DNA from: Clostridiales bacterium | GTDB taxonomy: Bacteria > Bacillota > Clostridia > Oscillospirales > CAG-272 | DNA: 64,000 bases | Assembly: GCA_012522015.1 (NCBI GenBank) | Contig: JAAYLD010000026.1 | Coordinates: 6,694-70,693 of the forward strand | Direction: 5' to 3' | Part shown: piece by piece, positions 1 to 9,262 of the stretch | How the letters are laid out: every line of letters begins with the position of its first letter | How positions within the stretch are numbered: position 1 is the stretch's first letter | Program-made: the position numbers and the translations under genes | The notes under the pieces: generated by a model | The model's database searches: none | Told to the model about the DNA's origin: nothing | The model's input: only the letters and a program-made list of their open reading frames with translations

Positions 1-455
1 GAACGCAGTCCTTTGCCGAGGTCATCAAGAGATGAACCAACCGGAAGTCCATCTTCCGAGAATGCTGTTTGGCTGCGGCCATAGGCAAGCTGCTTGAAAA
101 TCTCACGCATAGCGACGTTAATTGCATCGCAGACGAGGTCTGTATTAAGAGCTTCAAGAAGTGTTTTACCTTGAAGAATTTCTGCCGCCATAGCAGCTGA
201 ATGTGTCATGCCGGAGCATCCGATTGTCTCAACTAGCGCTTCCTCAATGATACCGTTCTTAACGTTAAGAGTCAGCTTGCAGGCACCCTGCTGAGGAGCG
301 CACCAACCGATTCCGTGCGAAAGGCCTGATATATCCTTAATTTCATAGGCCTTGACCCATCTGCCCTCTTCGGGAATCGGGGCGGGTCCGTGCTTTGGCC
401 CCTTGGTTACGGGACACATGTTCTGCACTTCGCTTGTGTACTGAAGTTCTGCCAT
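1..455 (-). CDS. NifU/IscU-like Fe-S scaffold domain protein (N-terminal part only; gene runs off the left edge)
   Basis: Absent from the ORF track because it is truncated. Reverse translation from the ATG at 455-453 gives MAELQYTSEVQNMCPVTKGPKHGPAPIPEEGRWVKAYEIKDISGLSHGIGWCAPQQGACKLTLNVKNGIIEEALVETIGCSGMTHSAAMAAEILQGKTLLEAL... and stays open to position 1. The layout (Cys, beta strands, GC..., GKT..EAL) resembles the IscU/NifU N-domain. Confidence 0.6.
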   Translation of the reverse strand, partial: MAELQYTSEVQNMCPVTKGPKHGPAPIPEEGRWVKAYEIKDISGLSHGIGWCAPQQGACKLTLNVKNGIIEEALVETIGCSGMTHSAAMAAEILQGKTLLEALNTDLVCDAINVAMREIFKQLAYGRSQTAFSEDGLPVGSSLDDLGKGLR

Positions 456-711
456 GTGAGATAGTATCTCCTTTAAAAGAATTGTATAGTCGATTAATAA
501 ACTGATGAATATTATACAGCTACTCCGACATAAAATCAAGTTAACATAGCAATTTGGATAAATGACGTGCCAGTAATTTAATATTTTCCAAGAAATTGCT
601 GATAAGATAAGTAAATTATGATATAATCAAATTACAGAGTACTTGACTCGGTAAGCAACAATAAAATAAAAGTGATAAAAACACCGGTGTGTAGTGGAGG
701 AATGATCAACT

Positions 712-1536
712 GTGGATAAAAACACAAGTGGGGGCGCAAGTGCAGGCGCAGGCGAATATGAACTTTTAAAACGTGCAAAACATTATATGGACAGCCTCGC
801 CGCAGGTGTTAATCCGATCGACGGTGCGCCGCTTGATAGTGAAACTATTTTACGTGATAAAAGGTTCATCCGTTGTTTTTCATATATATCTTGTGTACTG
901 AATGAAAAGATAATGTCATATGGCAAAAGAACATCACTTCGTCCAACAGTGCGTCAGATAACAGAGCAGAAAAAGCAAAAGAAACGCTTTTATTTGACTG
1001 ATGAGCAGAAAGCGTCAATCCCCATAACCTCCGGTCATGTCGGAATTAATACAATTGCGGCACGTATAAATGATAAAATCGATCAAAGCGTTATGTGGGG
1101 CGTTTCCGGTGGCAAGCTGGCGGCCCGCCTTGTATCTCTGGGTTATCTTGAGGTTACGGTAAATGAGGAAGGCGGGCATGTAAGAACTGCCACCGAGCTT
1201 GGGCGTGCATCCGGCATAACGACACTTGAGCGCACAGACGCTGTTGGCCGGTATTATCAGCAAAATGTTTACGACGAGCGTATGCAGCGTTTTATAATAG
1301 ATAATATAAACGAACTTGTAAACAATGGCGAGTCACATAGCAAAAGCAGTAGCGATGGTGGTGACAGGGGTGAACAAAGCAGCGGTAGTGATACGGCAGG
1401 AAATGCGGGTATTAATACGGCAGGCGAAAATGAAAGCGATAAAAGCGATAAAAACGATGACATAAATAATACTTATCTGCCCTACAGTCAAAACCAAGAT
1501 GCAGATTTTGACGATGGCGATATATACGGCATATAA
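712..1536 (+). CDS. hypothetical protein with a Ser/Asp/Gly/Asn-rich acidic C-terminal tail
   Basis: 274 aa ORF with a GTG start, 11 nt after GGAGG. No family motif recognised. The tail reads GESHSKSSSDGGDRGEQSSGSDTAGNAGINTAGENESDKSDKNDD...DADFDDGDIYGI. Confidence 0.55.
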   Translation: MDKNTSGGASAGAGEYELLKRAKHYMDSLAAGVNPIDGAPLDSETILRDKRFIRCFSYISCVLNEKIMSYGKRTSLRPTVRQITEQKKQKKRFYLTDEQKASIPITSGHVGINTIAARINDKIDQSVMWGVSGGKLAARLVSLGYLEVTVNEEGGHVRTATELGRASGITTLERTDAVGRYYQQNVYDERMQRFIIDNINELVNNGESHSKSSSDGGDRGEQSSGSDTAGNAGINTAGENESDKSDKNDDINNTYLPYSQNQDADFDDGDIYGI

Positions 1537-1718
1537 AAATAAGCACAGGCAGCCTTTGAGTTTTGATATTGATTAGGGAGCTGTGATGATTGAAAAGATC
1601 GCCCGACGCATTATTAAAAAGAAATGAGTAGCGCAAAAATCGGTGCCATTCGCATTTATGTTGATGTGGTTTAAAACAAAAACAATATAGAATGAATAGA
1701 ATACAAGCAATATAAAGC

Positions 1719-1755
1719 AAAAGTCAAGCTAAAACCGCTTGACTTTTCCTTTTAT
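1719..1755. terminator. bidirectional intrinsic terminator between convergent genes
   Basis: Stem AAAAGTCAAGC (1719-1729), loop taaaacc, stem GCTTGACTTTT (1737-1747). An A-run lies upstream and T-rich sequence (ccttttat) downstream. Confidence 0.6.
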
Positions 1756-1888
1756 CAGAATGTTTTGTTTAAAAAACAAGTTGATGCTTTTACACATGGT
1801 TTGATAATTAAATCATAGTAATGCAGAAAAAAAGCTATAACACAAAAAAAGCGGGACGCAGTACAATGTAAAATGACATTATTTTTTG

Positions 1889-3103
1889 TTAAACCCCAGC
1901 TTTTGCAAATAAAGAATCGACTTTTGCTTTGTACGCGTCTTCAGCATAAAGAAAACTCATGCCGTGCCCGGCGCCCTCGACGAAAAGTACGTCTTTTGGC
2001 GCTGTGCAAGCATCATAATTTTGCTTTGTGTTGCAAGGCGGGACGTATTTATCATCAAGCCCGTGCACAAATAAAACCGGGATTTTTATTTTTTTCACTG
2101 CGTCAAGCGTGCTGACGTTTTTCGTCGTAAAACTGGCGCGGAGTCTGCAAATAAATGATGCGATATAAAGTGTCGGGAAAACGGGGAGGTGGAGCATGTT
2201 AGGGAGGACATGGCGGAATTCACCGTAAGGGCTGACGAAGCCGCAGTCGGCAATAACAGCACAGACATTCGCCGGCAGGTCAGGTTCGGCTGTCGCAAGA
2301 AGGACGATAGTACAGCCCATTGACATGCCGTCAAGTATGATTTTATGAGATTGTCCGAAGCGATATGTTAAATATTTGCACCATTCGACGACGTCGTATC
2401 GTTCAAGCTGGCCGAAGGTGATGTATTCGCCTTCACTTTCGCCATGACCGCGCCCGTCTATTATCAAAAGATTAAAGCCTTTTTCCCAAAAGTAAGGGCA
2501 GCCACAGCTGAGGTCGTACTCACCGCTGCTGCGGTATCCATGAACAATTAATATGGTTTTATTTGATGCCTTCTGCACGCTCTCCCCCGCGGGATTAGGA
2601 TAAAAGCGTCCGACGAGCTTAAGCCCGTCGCGGCTGACGATAGAAACACGCTCGCGCGGTAAAGAGGCAAGCCACGCTCTTGCTTCTCTGATGCGTTCGA
2701 CAAGAGCAACCTGTGGCCCGCGTGACATAGCTGAAAGATATGCGGGTTCATCGGCAGGGAGTGCTCGTTTCACGTGAAGAGCAGGCAGCGCTTCAGATAT
2801 GGCTTTCGGGGTATCGCTGGTCGAACTTTTCTCTATGTTAGTTTTTAATTTTTGCTTAAGAGACTTTTTTGAGTTTGCTTTCGGGACTGAATGCGTAAAA
2901 TTATACGCACTGGCGACAGCTTTTGCTTTGATAGCGGAGATGATAGATGACCGTGAAGATCCGCTTGTGTTTGTAAATACTTTCATGCGCTTGCGGGGAA
3001 ACGTGAATCTATATACAAGCTCCCCGGTCACGTATGACGCTGCCATTAATAAAGCGGCGGCAGCGCCGGCTCCCGCTATCATTTTCTTTGCAGTTGTGTT
3101 CAT
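1889..3103 (-). CDS. membrane-anchored alpha/beta hydrolase
   Basis: 404 aa with an N-terminal hydrophobic anchor (AGAGAAAALLMAASYV). Motifs HGYRSSG, GRGHGESEG, nucleophile elbow GMSMGC, and late HGLDD...GAGHG. Confidence 0.85.
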   Translation of the reverse strand: MNTTAKKMIAGAGAAAALLMAASYVTGELVYRFTFPRKRMKVFTNTSGSSRSSIISAIKAKAVASAYNFTHSVPKANSKKSLKQKLKTNIEKSSTSDTPKAISEALPALHVKRALPADEPAYLSAMSRGPQVALVERIREARAWLASLPRERVSIVSRDGLKLVGRFYPNPAGESVQKASNKTILIVHGYRSSGEYDLSCGCPYFWEKGFNLLIIDGRGHGESEGEYITFGQLERYDVVEWCKYLTYRFGQSHKIILDGMSMGCTIVLLATAEPDLPANVCAVIADCGFVSPYGEFRHVLPNMLHLPVFPTLYIASFICRLRASFTTKNVSTLDAVKKIKIPVLFVHGLDDKYVPPCNTKQNYDACTAPKDVLFVEGAGHGMSFLYAEDAYKAKVDSLFAKAGV

Positions 3104-3366
3104 TTGTATGCCACCTCATTTATGTGTCTTTTGTATGTAAATTTTTACTTATTACTATTGTTAATATTTTTAACAAAAAATCTATTCACCATTCAAGCGG
3201 GGAATTTGCTTTGAGTTCATTTTATACGAGACATAGTTATAAGCCAACCTACACAAGATGCCGCGAGGTAGAAACAGTAAATAACCAGCAAGGGAGAGAA
3301 CAAGCTGCTATCTACAATCTCAAAATAAAGCCCTACTATCAGTGGAGTTTCCTTATATACAAGAAC

Positions 3367-3413
3367 AAAACGACCATTTGTACGCACAGTCTTGCGTGTA
3401 AACGGCCGTTTTT
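3367..3413. terminator. orphan terminator-like extended hairpin in a 565-bp intergenic region
   Basis: AAAACGACC-ATTTGTACGCA-cagtct-TGCGTGTAAA-CGGCCGTTTTT. About 19 bp pair with 2 mismatches. The hairpin has A4 on the 5' side and T5 on the 3' side, so it reads as a terminator on either strand. Confidence 0.4.
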
Positions 3414-3581
3414 AAAAAGACAGATATTACTATCTTTGCTGTATTAATACTGTGCTTTATGCTATAAAATCGCGTGTTATGCAATATTATAACAAAATTT
3501 GACATAATATTTGCAAATGTAAAAAATGAGGTGGCTTGCTGCTTTTTGTACGACTGTAATTAGCGGTGATATTTATTTATG

Positions 3582-3611
3582 TTGATCATCCTAATAATAT
3601 TATGATATAAT
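3582..3611 (+). promoter_or_regulatory. sigma-A-type promoter for the two-component operon
   Basis: TTGATC (3582-3587), 18-nt spacer, then extended -10 TGaTATAAT (3603-3611). It lies about 100 nt upstream of the response-regulator ATG. Confidence 0.5.
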
Positions 3612-3713
3612 CACATTGATTGAACTTTACACGATAGAATAAATATAGCGATATGGTGCATTTGGTGTATGTCGTTTAACAACTTGTATGCTTATAAGAA
3701 ACGAGAAGGGAGA

Positions 3714-4439
3714 ATGCCATTGATATACATTGTCGAAGACGATGAAAACATACGAGAGCTTGTTGTTTATACGCTTAACAGTACTGGGCTCAGTGCGCGG
3801 GGGTTTGCATCTCCATCATCGTTTCGTGAAGCGATGAAAAGTGATTTGCCGTCACTTGTCATGCTTGATATTATGCTGCCTGAGGAGGACGGGCTGTCAC
3901 TTTTGGCTTGGCTTCGTTCAGACCCTAAGACAAAATCGCTTCCTGTTATCATGCTGACTGCCCGTGGAAGCGAATATGATAAGGTAAGGGGGCTTGAATC
4001 CGGCGCCGATGACTACATACCGAAACCGTTTGGCACGATGGAGCTTGTCGCCCGTGTTAAGGCTCTTTTGCGCAGGGTGTCACCTGCTGATGAGAAAAAA
4101 GAAATCGAATACAGAGTAGGCGAGCTTTGTGTTTCCCCAGCTGCTCATTCGGTTCGTGTCAATGGCACGGAGGTTCAGCTTACACCAAAGGAATACGAAA
4201 CATTGCTTCTTTTTCTTGAAAATAAAAATATTGTTTTGTCACGCGATCAGATTCTTAACAATGTGTGGGGGTATTCGTACTGCGGCGAAAGCCGTACGGT
4301 CGATGTTCACATACGGTCTCTTAGAAAAAAACTTGGCGTGGCTGGCGATATGATCGAGACGATACGCGGTGTCGGGTATCGCTTGCGGGAGACAGCAAGA
4401 GTGAGGAATGGCACGGACAGCGAGCAAGACTTAGATTAA
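3714..4439 (+). CDS. OmpR/PhoB-family response regulator
   Basis: Receiver domain (IYIVEDD...LDIMLP...MLTARG...KPF) plus a winged-helix domain (LTPKEYETLLFL...RTVDVHIRSLRKKL...GVGYRL). I place the start at the ATG at 3714, preceded by AAGGGAGA, not at the track start 3669. Confidence 0.9.
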   Translation: MPLIYIVEDDENIRELVVYTLNSTGLSARGFASPSSFREAMKSDLPSLVMLDIMLPEEDGLSLLAWLRSDPKTKSLPVIMLTARGSEYDKVRGLESGADDYIPKPFGTMELVARVKALLRRVSPADEKKEIEYRVGELCVSPAAHSVRVNGTEVQLTPKEYETLLLFLENKNIVLSRDQILNNVWGYSYCGESRTVDVHIRSLRKKLGVAGDMIETIRGVGYRLRETARVRNGTDSEQDLD

Positions 4440-4472
4440 ACAGAAAATCTGAACAAAGTGCATTGATTTATT

Positions 4473-5543
4473 ATGAGATATAAATATAGTGTAATTAACA
4501 AAAAAAAGCCGTATCGCCCGGCGTCACTTCGTACGTCAGCTTTACGCTTTATAATAATTACTTCGGCGGCGACGGCGATATGTGCTATCGCGCCTTTTTT
4601 GTATTTTATAGCCGCACCTGACAAGGAAAGCGTGGATATTTGGCTATGTGCTTTAGCTTCTATTTTATTTTCTGCGTTAACAGCCACTGTTCTGTCGGTT
4701 TATTTTTCGAAAAAGCTCTCCCATCTTGCGAAGAAGAGTCTTGATGATATTGATGTATGGAATCCGGAGTACTCATCAGTTGTGAAAGAGTATGAGCAAT
4801 TTACAGCCCGTCTTGCCAAACACAATGCCGAGATTGATGAAAAAATACGGGAGCTTGAAAAGGAGCATGAAGATCAAGAGGCAATGCGACGGGACTTCAC
4901 AGCAAATGTGTCACACGAGCTCAAAACACCGCTTACATCAATATCCGGTTACGCAGAAATTATTAAAAACGGGCTTGCGCGGGGCGATGACGCCATTCGT
5001 TTCGCAGGTAAGATATATGATGAGTCGCAGCGCCTTGTTACGCTCGTCGGAGACATTATCAAGCTGTCGCAGCTTGACAGCAAGGAGATAGAGTTCCCAA
5101 GTGAGGAAATTGACCTTTTCGCCTTATGCGAAAAAATCACATCTCAGCTTGAGCTTCCGGCGAAGCAGCAGGGAATTAAGTTTTATATTTATGGTGAACA
5201 TGCTGTCATACGGGGCGCGGTTCAGATTGTCGAGGAAATTATATTTAATATAGCCGATAATGCAGTTAAATATAATAAAGAAAATGGAACTGTCACATTT
5301 TCAATACGGCGGTGCCTTGACGGCGTGGAATTGACCATAGCTGACACTGGAATAGGTATTGCGCCGAAAGATTTGCCTCATATATTCAAGCGTTTTTACC
5401 GTGTTGACCGCAGCCATTCAAAGGAGATTGGCGGCACCGGACTTGGTTTATCCATTGTAAAGCACGGTGCGATGTTCATCGGAGCGTCAGTGTCAGTACA
5501 AAGCAGCCTGGGCGTCGGTACAACGATAAAAGTGCTATTTTAA
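4473..5543 (+). CDS. sensor histidine kinase (PhoR/HisKA type)
   Basis: Two N-terminal TM segments. H-box FTANVSHELKTPLTSISGYAEII, N-box NAVKYN, and G-boxes DTGIGI and GGTGLGLSIV. Confidence 0.9.
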   Translation: MRYKYSVINKKKPYRPASLRTSALRFIIITSAATAICAIAPFLYFIAAPDKESVDIWLCALASILFSALTATVLSVYFSKKLSHLAKKSLDDIDVWNPEYSSVVKEYEQFTARLAKHNAEIDEKIRELEKEHEDQEAMRRDFTANVSHELKTPLTSISGYAEIIKNGLARGDDAIRFAGKIYDESQRLVTLVGDIIKLSQLDSKEIEFPSEEIDLFALCEKITSQLELPAKQQGIKFYIYGEHAVIRGAVQIVEEIIFNIADNAVKYNKENGTVTFSIRRCLDGVELTIADTGIGIAPKDLPHIFKRFYRVDRSHSKEIGGTGLGLSIVKHGAMFIGASVSVQSSLGVGTTIKVLF

Positions 5544-5649
5544 TTCATTTTTGATTGCCAAGATGTGATACGAATGAAATATAAAAATTAGACGAATGTA
5601 GCGTGAAAATGTAAATTAAAAACAGCATTCAGTTTTTTACTTATATGTA

Positions 5650-5679
5650 TTGACATTGAGAACCATCCTGTGGTATAAT
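5650..5679 (+). promoter_or_regulatory. sigma-A promoter of perR-rbr
   Basis: TTGACA (5650-5655), 18-nt spacer, then TGgTATAAT (5671-5679). Confidence 0.55.
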
Positions 5680-5690
5680 TCAATCAAAAT

Positions 5691-5705
5691 TAAGAATCAT
5701 TCCTA
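5691..5705. promoter_or_regulatory. Fur-family (PerR-type) 7-1-7 operator
   Basis: TAAGAATcATTCCTA is an inverted repeat with one mismatch and the AATnATT core. It sits just downstream of the -10, and the longer palindrome spans 5688-5708. Confidence 0.5.
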
Positions 5706-5734
5706 ATTTTTCGAGAAAGATTTAAAATTTCAAG

Positions 5735-6148
5735 ATGACAAAGCAACAAGAATTAATAACAGGGATTGTCAACAGCTCCCGTAATCATCCAACCGCCGCA
5801 GAAATATACATCGAAGCGCGGCAGAAGATGCCCTCCATTGCTGTTGGGACTGTTTACCGCAATTTAAAGCTGCTTACCAGCTCCGGTGAAATAAGAAAGC
5901 TTTCGTTTCCCGGTCAGCCGGAACGTTACGATCGTATTGAACACCCGCATGGGCACCTACACTGTGTCGCCTGCGGCGGGATAAATGATTTTGAAATAAG
6001 CCCAACCTTGCGGGATGAAATACTTGCACACGCAGGTGAGAGGGTTATTTCTTGTGACGTAACGATTAATTATATTTGCGATGAGTGCGCTGTAGCAAAT
6101 GAAAACTCTGCTAATAAAAAATTAAAAAATTATAAAAGAAGGTTATGA
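5735..6148 (+). CDS. perR: Fur-family peroxide-responsive repressor (PerR-like)
   Basis: 137 aa. DNA-binding helix motif VGTVYRNL, metal sites HPHGHLHCVACG and CDEC. It sits immediately upstream of rubrerythrin. Confidence 0.8.
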   Translation: MTKQQELITGIVNSSRNHPTAAEIYIEARQKMPSIAVGTVYRNLKLLTSSGEIRKLSFPGQPERYDRIEHPHGHLHCVACGGINDFEISPTLRDEILAHAGERVISCDVTINYICDECAVANENSANKKLKNYKRRL

Positions 6149-6151
6149 AAA

Positions 6152-6799
6152 ATGAAAAAATGGAAATGCCCGATTTGCGGATACATTTATGAGGGAGATA
6201 AAATACCTGAAGGCTTTGTTTGCCCGGTATGCGGCGCTCCCGGTTCATCATTTGTTCTGATAGAACCTGTGCTAAAGGGAAGCAAAACTGAGGCAAACCT
6301 TCTTGCAGCTTTTGCAGGTGAATCGCAGGCTCATACTAAGTATTTGTATTTTGCATCGAAAGCGAAAAAAGACGGTTACGTTCAGATTGCAAAGATTTTT
6401 GAGGAAACAGCCTTAAATGAAAAAGAGCACGCTAAAATTTGGTTTAAGTACCTCAATGGCATAGGCACAACAGCCGAGAACCTCAAAACTGCAGCCGAAG
6501 GCGAAAACTATGAGTGGACGGATATGTATGCCGGTTTCGCTAAGACGGCAAGAGAAGAAGGGTTCGACGAAATCGCCGAGAGATTTGAGATGGTTGCAAA
6601 GATTGAGAAGGAGCACGAGGAGAGATACCGCAAGCTTCTTGCCAACGTCGAAGGAGGGCTTGTTTTCTCACGCGATGGCGACACCATTTGGCAGTGCTCA
6701 AACTGCGGACATATTCACATTGGCAAAGAAGCCCCCGAAGTCTGTCCTGTTTGCTCTCATCCGAGAAGCTATTTTGAGATCAGAGCCGAAAACTATTAA
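6152..6799 (+). CDS. rbr: rubrerythrin with rubredoxin-like CxxC...CxxC fingers at both termini
   Basis: N-terminal finger CPICGY...CPVCGA. Four-helix diiron core ([31 protein letters not shown]). C-terminal finger CSNCGH...CPVCSHP. The start lies 3 nt after the perR stop. Confidence 0.9.
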   Translation: MKKWKCPICGYIYEGDKIPEGFVCPVCGAPGSSFVLIEPVLKGSKTEANLLAAFAGESQAHTKYLYFASKAKKDGYVQIAKIFEETALNEKEHAKIWFKYLNGIGTTAENLKTAAEGENYEWTDMYAGFAKTAREEGFDEIAERFEMVAKIEKEHEERYRKLLANVEGGLVFSRDGDTIWQCSNCGHIHIGKEAPEVCPVCSHPRSYFEIRAENY

Positions 6800-6870
6800 T
6801 AATATTCTCGCTCTTACCCTCGCCGAATAAAGGGTAGGTGGGGTCGGCATATTACGGTAAATCATAAAGC

Positions 6871-6909
6871 AAAAGCCAAGCTCACTGTTTTGATGAGCTT
6901 GGCTTTTTT
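6871..6909. terminator. bidirectional intrinsic terminator (rbr / murE convergent)
   Basis: 14-bp perfect stem AAAAGCCAAGCTCA / TGAGCTTGGCTTTT with a 9-nt loop, followed by a T-run to 6909. Confidence 0.8.
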
Positions 6910-6948
6910 AATTTATAAAACTCGTTGTTTTTCACAGTGGTAAGCTGA

Positions 6949-8439
6949 TTACTTAACAGTAATTTTCTCTTCGGAGAGGCGGAGGGCTTCTTCAGTGATA
7001 ATACTACGCTCAGAGAATGCAAGGTATTCACCGCGTATAAGCTGGAATGATTCGTGTCCTTTCCCCGCAAACAGTATAATATCACCCTCACGTGCATTGC
7101 GGACAGCATATCGAATAGCCTTTGCGCGGTCTGGTATTGCTGTAAATGGTGTATTCCTGTTGCCGAAACCGTCTAAGATATCGCGTATGATAGCCATAGG
7201 ATCCTCAAAATCCGGATCGTCCGCTGTCAGAACACAGAAATCTGCGAGGCGAGAAATTGTTTCGCCGACGGGTTTCCTTCGTGAAAATGTGCGTCCGCCA
7301 ACGCATCCGACGAGTACTACAAGCCTTGTGGGGTTATACTTGCGGAGTACGGACAGCGCAGCTTCAAGAGAAACAGCATTATGTGCGTAATCAATAACAA
7401 AGGTACAGTACGGCAGCGCATCGACGACCTCGAACCGTCCAAGCGGTGTTGTATTGCTCAGCGCTGTGCGTATCATGTCAAACGGAATGCCAATATGATA
7501 GGCAACAGTAATAGCTTCGAGGGCATTATAAACAGAGAAAATCCCGGGAGACCGCAGGCGGAATGGGTACTTGCGGTCTCCGAAAACGCATGTAAAATCA
7601 ACGCCAAGCGCGCCTCTTTCACGCCATAAGCGTATATCCTCTCCTTTAATTTGAGCATTGTCGCCAACTGAAACTCCGCATGAAAGTGCTGTTGCTCTGG
7701 CAAGCATGTAGCTACTGTTCTCGTCATCAGCATTATATACAATGAATTGGCATCCGAAGTCAGAGAAAAGGCGCGCTTTTGAATAGCGGTAGTGCTCAAA
7801 ATTCGGGTGCTCATAGCGCCCAATATGGTCGGGCGATAGATTTGTGAAGATACATGTCTCAAACTTCAGCCCATGTATGCGCTCCATAAATATGGCCTGC
7901 GAGGACACCTCGATTATGACAATCTTTACCCCCGCTTTTACCATTTTATACAGGTATAATTGAATATCAGCGCTTTCTGGTGTTGTGCGGAGCGTTGACG
8001 TGCGGCGTCCGCAGAACATCACGCCAACAGTACCGATATATCCGACAGGAATGCCTGCTTCACTAAAAATTGAGTAAATTAAAAGCGCTGTTGATGTTTT
8101 GCCCTTTGTGCCTGTAATGCCGATAAGGCGGAGCTTGTCCGCCGGATGACCGTAAAAAGCTGCAGCAACATCGGCAAGTGCCGTGCGAGTGTCAGGTGCA
8201 TATAAAACTGCCGCATCCTTTGGCAAATCAACCGGCTTCTGGCAGAGAAAAGCGCGAGCTCCACGCTCATATGCGTCTTTTGCATAAAAGTGACCATCTG
8301 TGACGTTGCCTTCAATGCAGACGAAAAGGGTGCCCGATGCGCACATTCGCGAGTCGTAAGATATCGCATCGATATCTTGGGCGGCAAACGCTGCAGGCAC
8401 AGTTATATTTAATTTAGACATCAGGGCATCAAGGCGCAT
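6949..8439 (-). CDS. murE: UDP-MurNAc-L-Ala-D-Glu:diamino-acid ligase (MurE), non-DNPR type
   Basis: 496 aa with YDSR, GITGTKGKTS, EVSSQ, TNLSPDHIG, DYAHN and GKGHE. The position-3 selectivity motif reads ADDPDFEDP rather than DNPR. Confidence 0.85.
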   Translation of the reverse strand: MRLDALMSKLNITVPAAFAAQDIDAISYDSRMCASGTLFVCIEGNVTDGHFYAKDAYERGARAFLCQKPVDLPKDAAVLYAPDTRTALADVAAAFYGHPADKLRLIGITGTKGKTSTALLIYSIFSEAGIPVGYIGTVGVMFCGRRTSTLRTTPESADIQLYLYKMVKAGVKIVIIEVSSQAIFMERIHGLKFETCIFTNLSPDHIGRYEHPNFEHYRYSKARLFSDFGCQFIVYNADDENSSYMLARATALSCGVSVGDNAQIKGEDIRLWRERGALGVDFTCVFGDRKYPFRLRSPGIFSVYNALEAITVAYHIGIPFDMIRTALSNTTPLGRFEVVDALPYCTFVIDYAHNAVSLEAALSVLRKYNPTRLVVLVGCVGGRTFSRRKPVGETISRLADFCVLTADDPDFEDPMAIIRDILDGFGNRNTPFTAIPDRAKAIRYAVRNAREGDIILFAGKGHESFQLIRGEYLAFSERSIITEEALRLSEEKITVK

Positions 8440-8472
8440 ATTGATAATTCCTTATTTATGTAATGATTGTTG

Positions 8473-9231
8473 TTAAATCTGATGTATTACTGCATCTTGA
8501 GTAATTTTCGTATAAGCTCTCAAAAAGGCTTCGCTAAAGCCACACGGCTCACTTCCGCAGGCGGTGATTGAGGCATATGCAAGCGTTTCAAGTGAGTCTA
8601 CCATATTCTCATCACCACCACTAACAAGCGAAAGTTCCGTGCAGCCGAGTATGAGGCAGTCGCAGCCTCGCTTATACATTTCGCGTGCGACTCGTTTGAA
8701 TATGGCGTCACCGCCGGGGCGGCCGGCTTTGACATAATCGTATATTATCTCAGTAACTTTCGCCTGCGTTTTTTCATCAGGTTCTACGCACCCAACACCA
8801 AGCCTCTGAAGCTGCTGCTTATAAGCACCAATACGGATCGTACCTTCAGTGGCAAGAATTCCTGCGCGGGTAAAACCGCGCCTTTTTACATGGTCGGCTG
8901 TAATGGAGACAATATCAAGAACAGGTATTGACACAGCGGCCGTTATCTCGTCGTGGAAAAAGTGAGCAGTGTTGCATGGAACGGCAATTATGTCGGCTCC
9001 CATAGCTTCAAGCGTCTTAATGTCGTGGCACATAAAAGGAGCTGGGCTGACATTTATGCGCCCCATGATATAGTTCGTCCGGTCCGGTATGTCCGTTCGG
9101 CTTGTTATTAAAATATTTAGGTGTTCAGCGTCGCATGTAGCTAATGTATGTTCAGTAATAAGCCTGTAGAAATAAACAGTCGCCATCGGGCCCATGCCTC
9201 CTAAAATTCCCAGGGTTTTCTTTTCGCTCAT
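8473..9231 (-). CDS. aspartate racemase (Asp/Glu racemase superfamily)
   Basis: 252 aa. GILGGMGPMAT, and both catalytic Cys motifs (AVPCNTAHFF and LILGCTELS). Confidence 0.8.
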   Translation of the reverse strand: MSEKKTLGILGGMGPMATVYFYRLITEHTLATCDAEHLNILITSRTDIPDRTNYIMGRINVSPAPFMCHDIKTLEAMGADIIAVPCNTAHFFHDEITAAVSIPVLDIVSITADHVKRRGFTRAGILATEGTIRIGAYKQQLQRLGVGCVEPDEKTQAKVTEIIYDYVKAGRPGGDAIFKRVAREMYKRGCDCLILGCTELSLVSGGDENMVDSLETLAYASITACGSEPCGFSEAFLRAYTKITQDAVIHQI

Positions 9232-9262
9232 TTAATTGCAGGGCCTCCCTTGTAGATATTAA

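Noticed and set aside
3034-3447. 137-aa plus-strand ORF in the hydrolase/response-regulator spacer
   Set aside because: It begins inside the hydrolase gene in antisense. It has no SD, an implausible composition, and runs through the terminator-like hairpin. The region is treated as non-coding or a possible sRNA instead.
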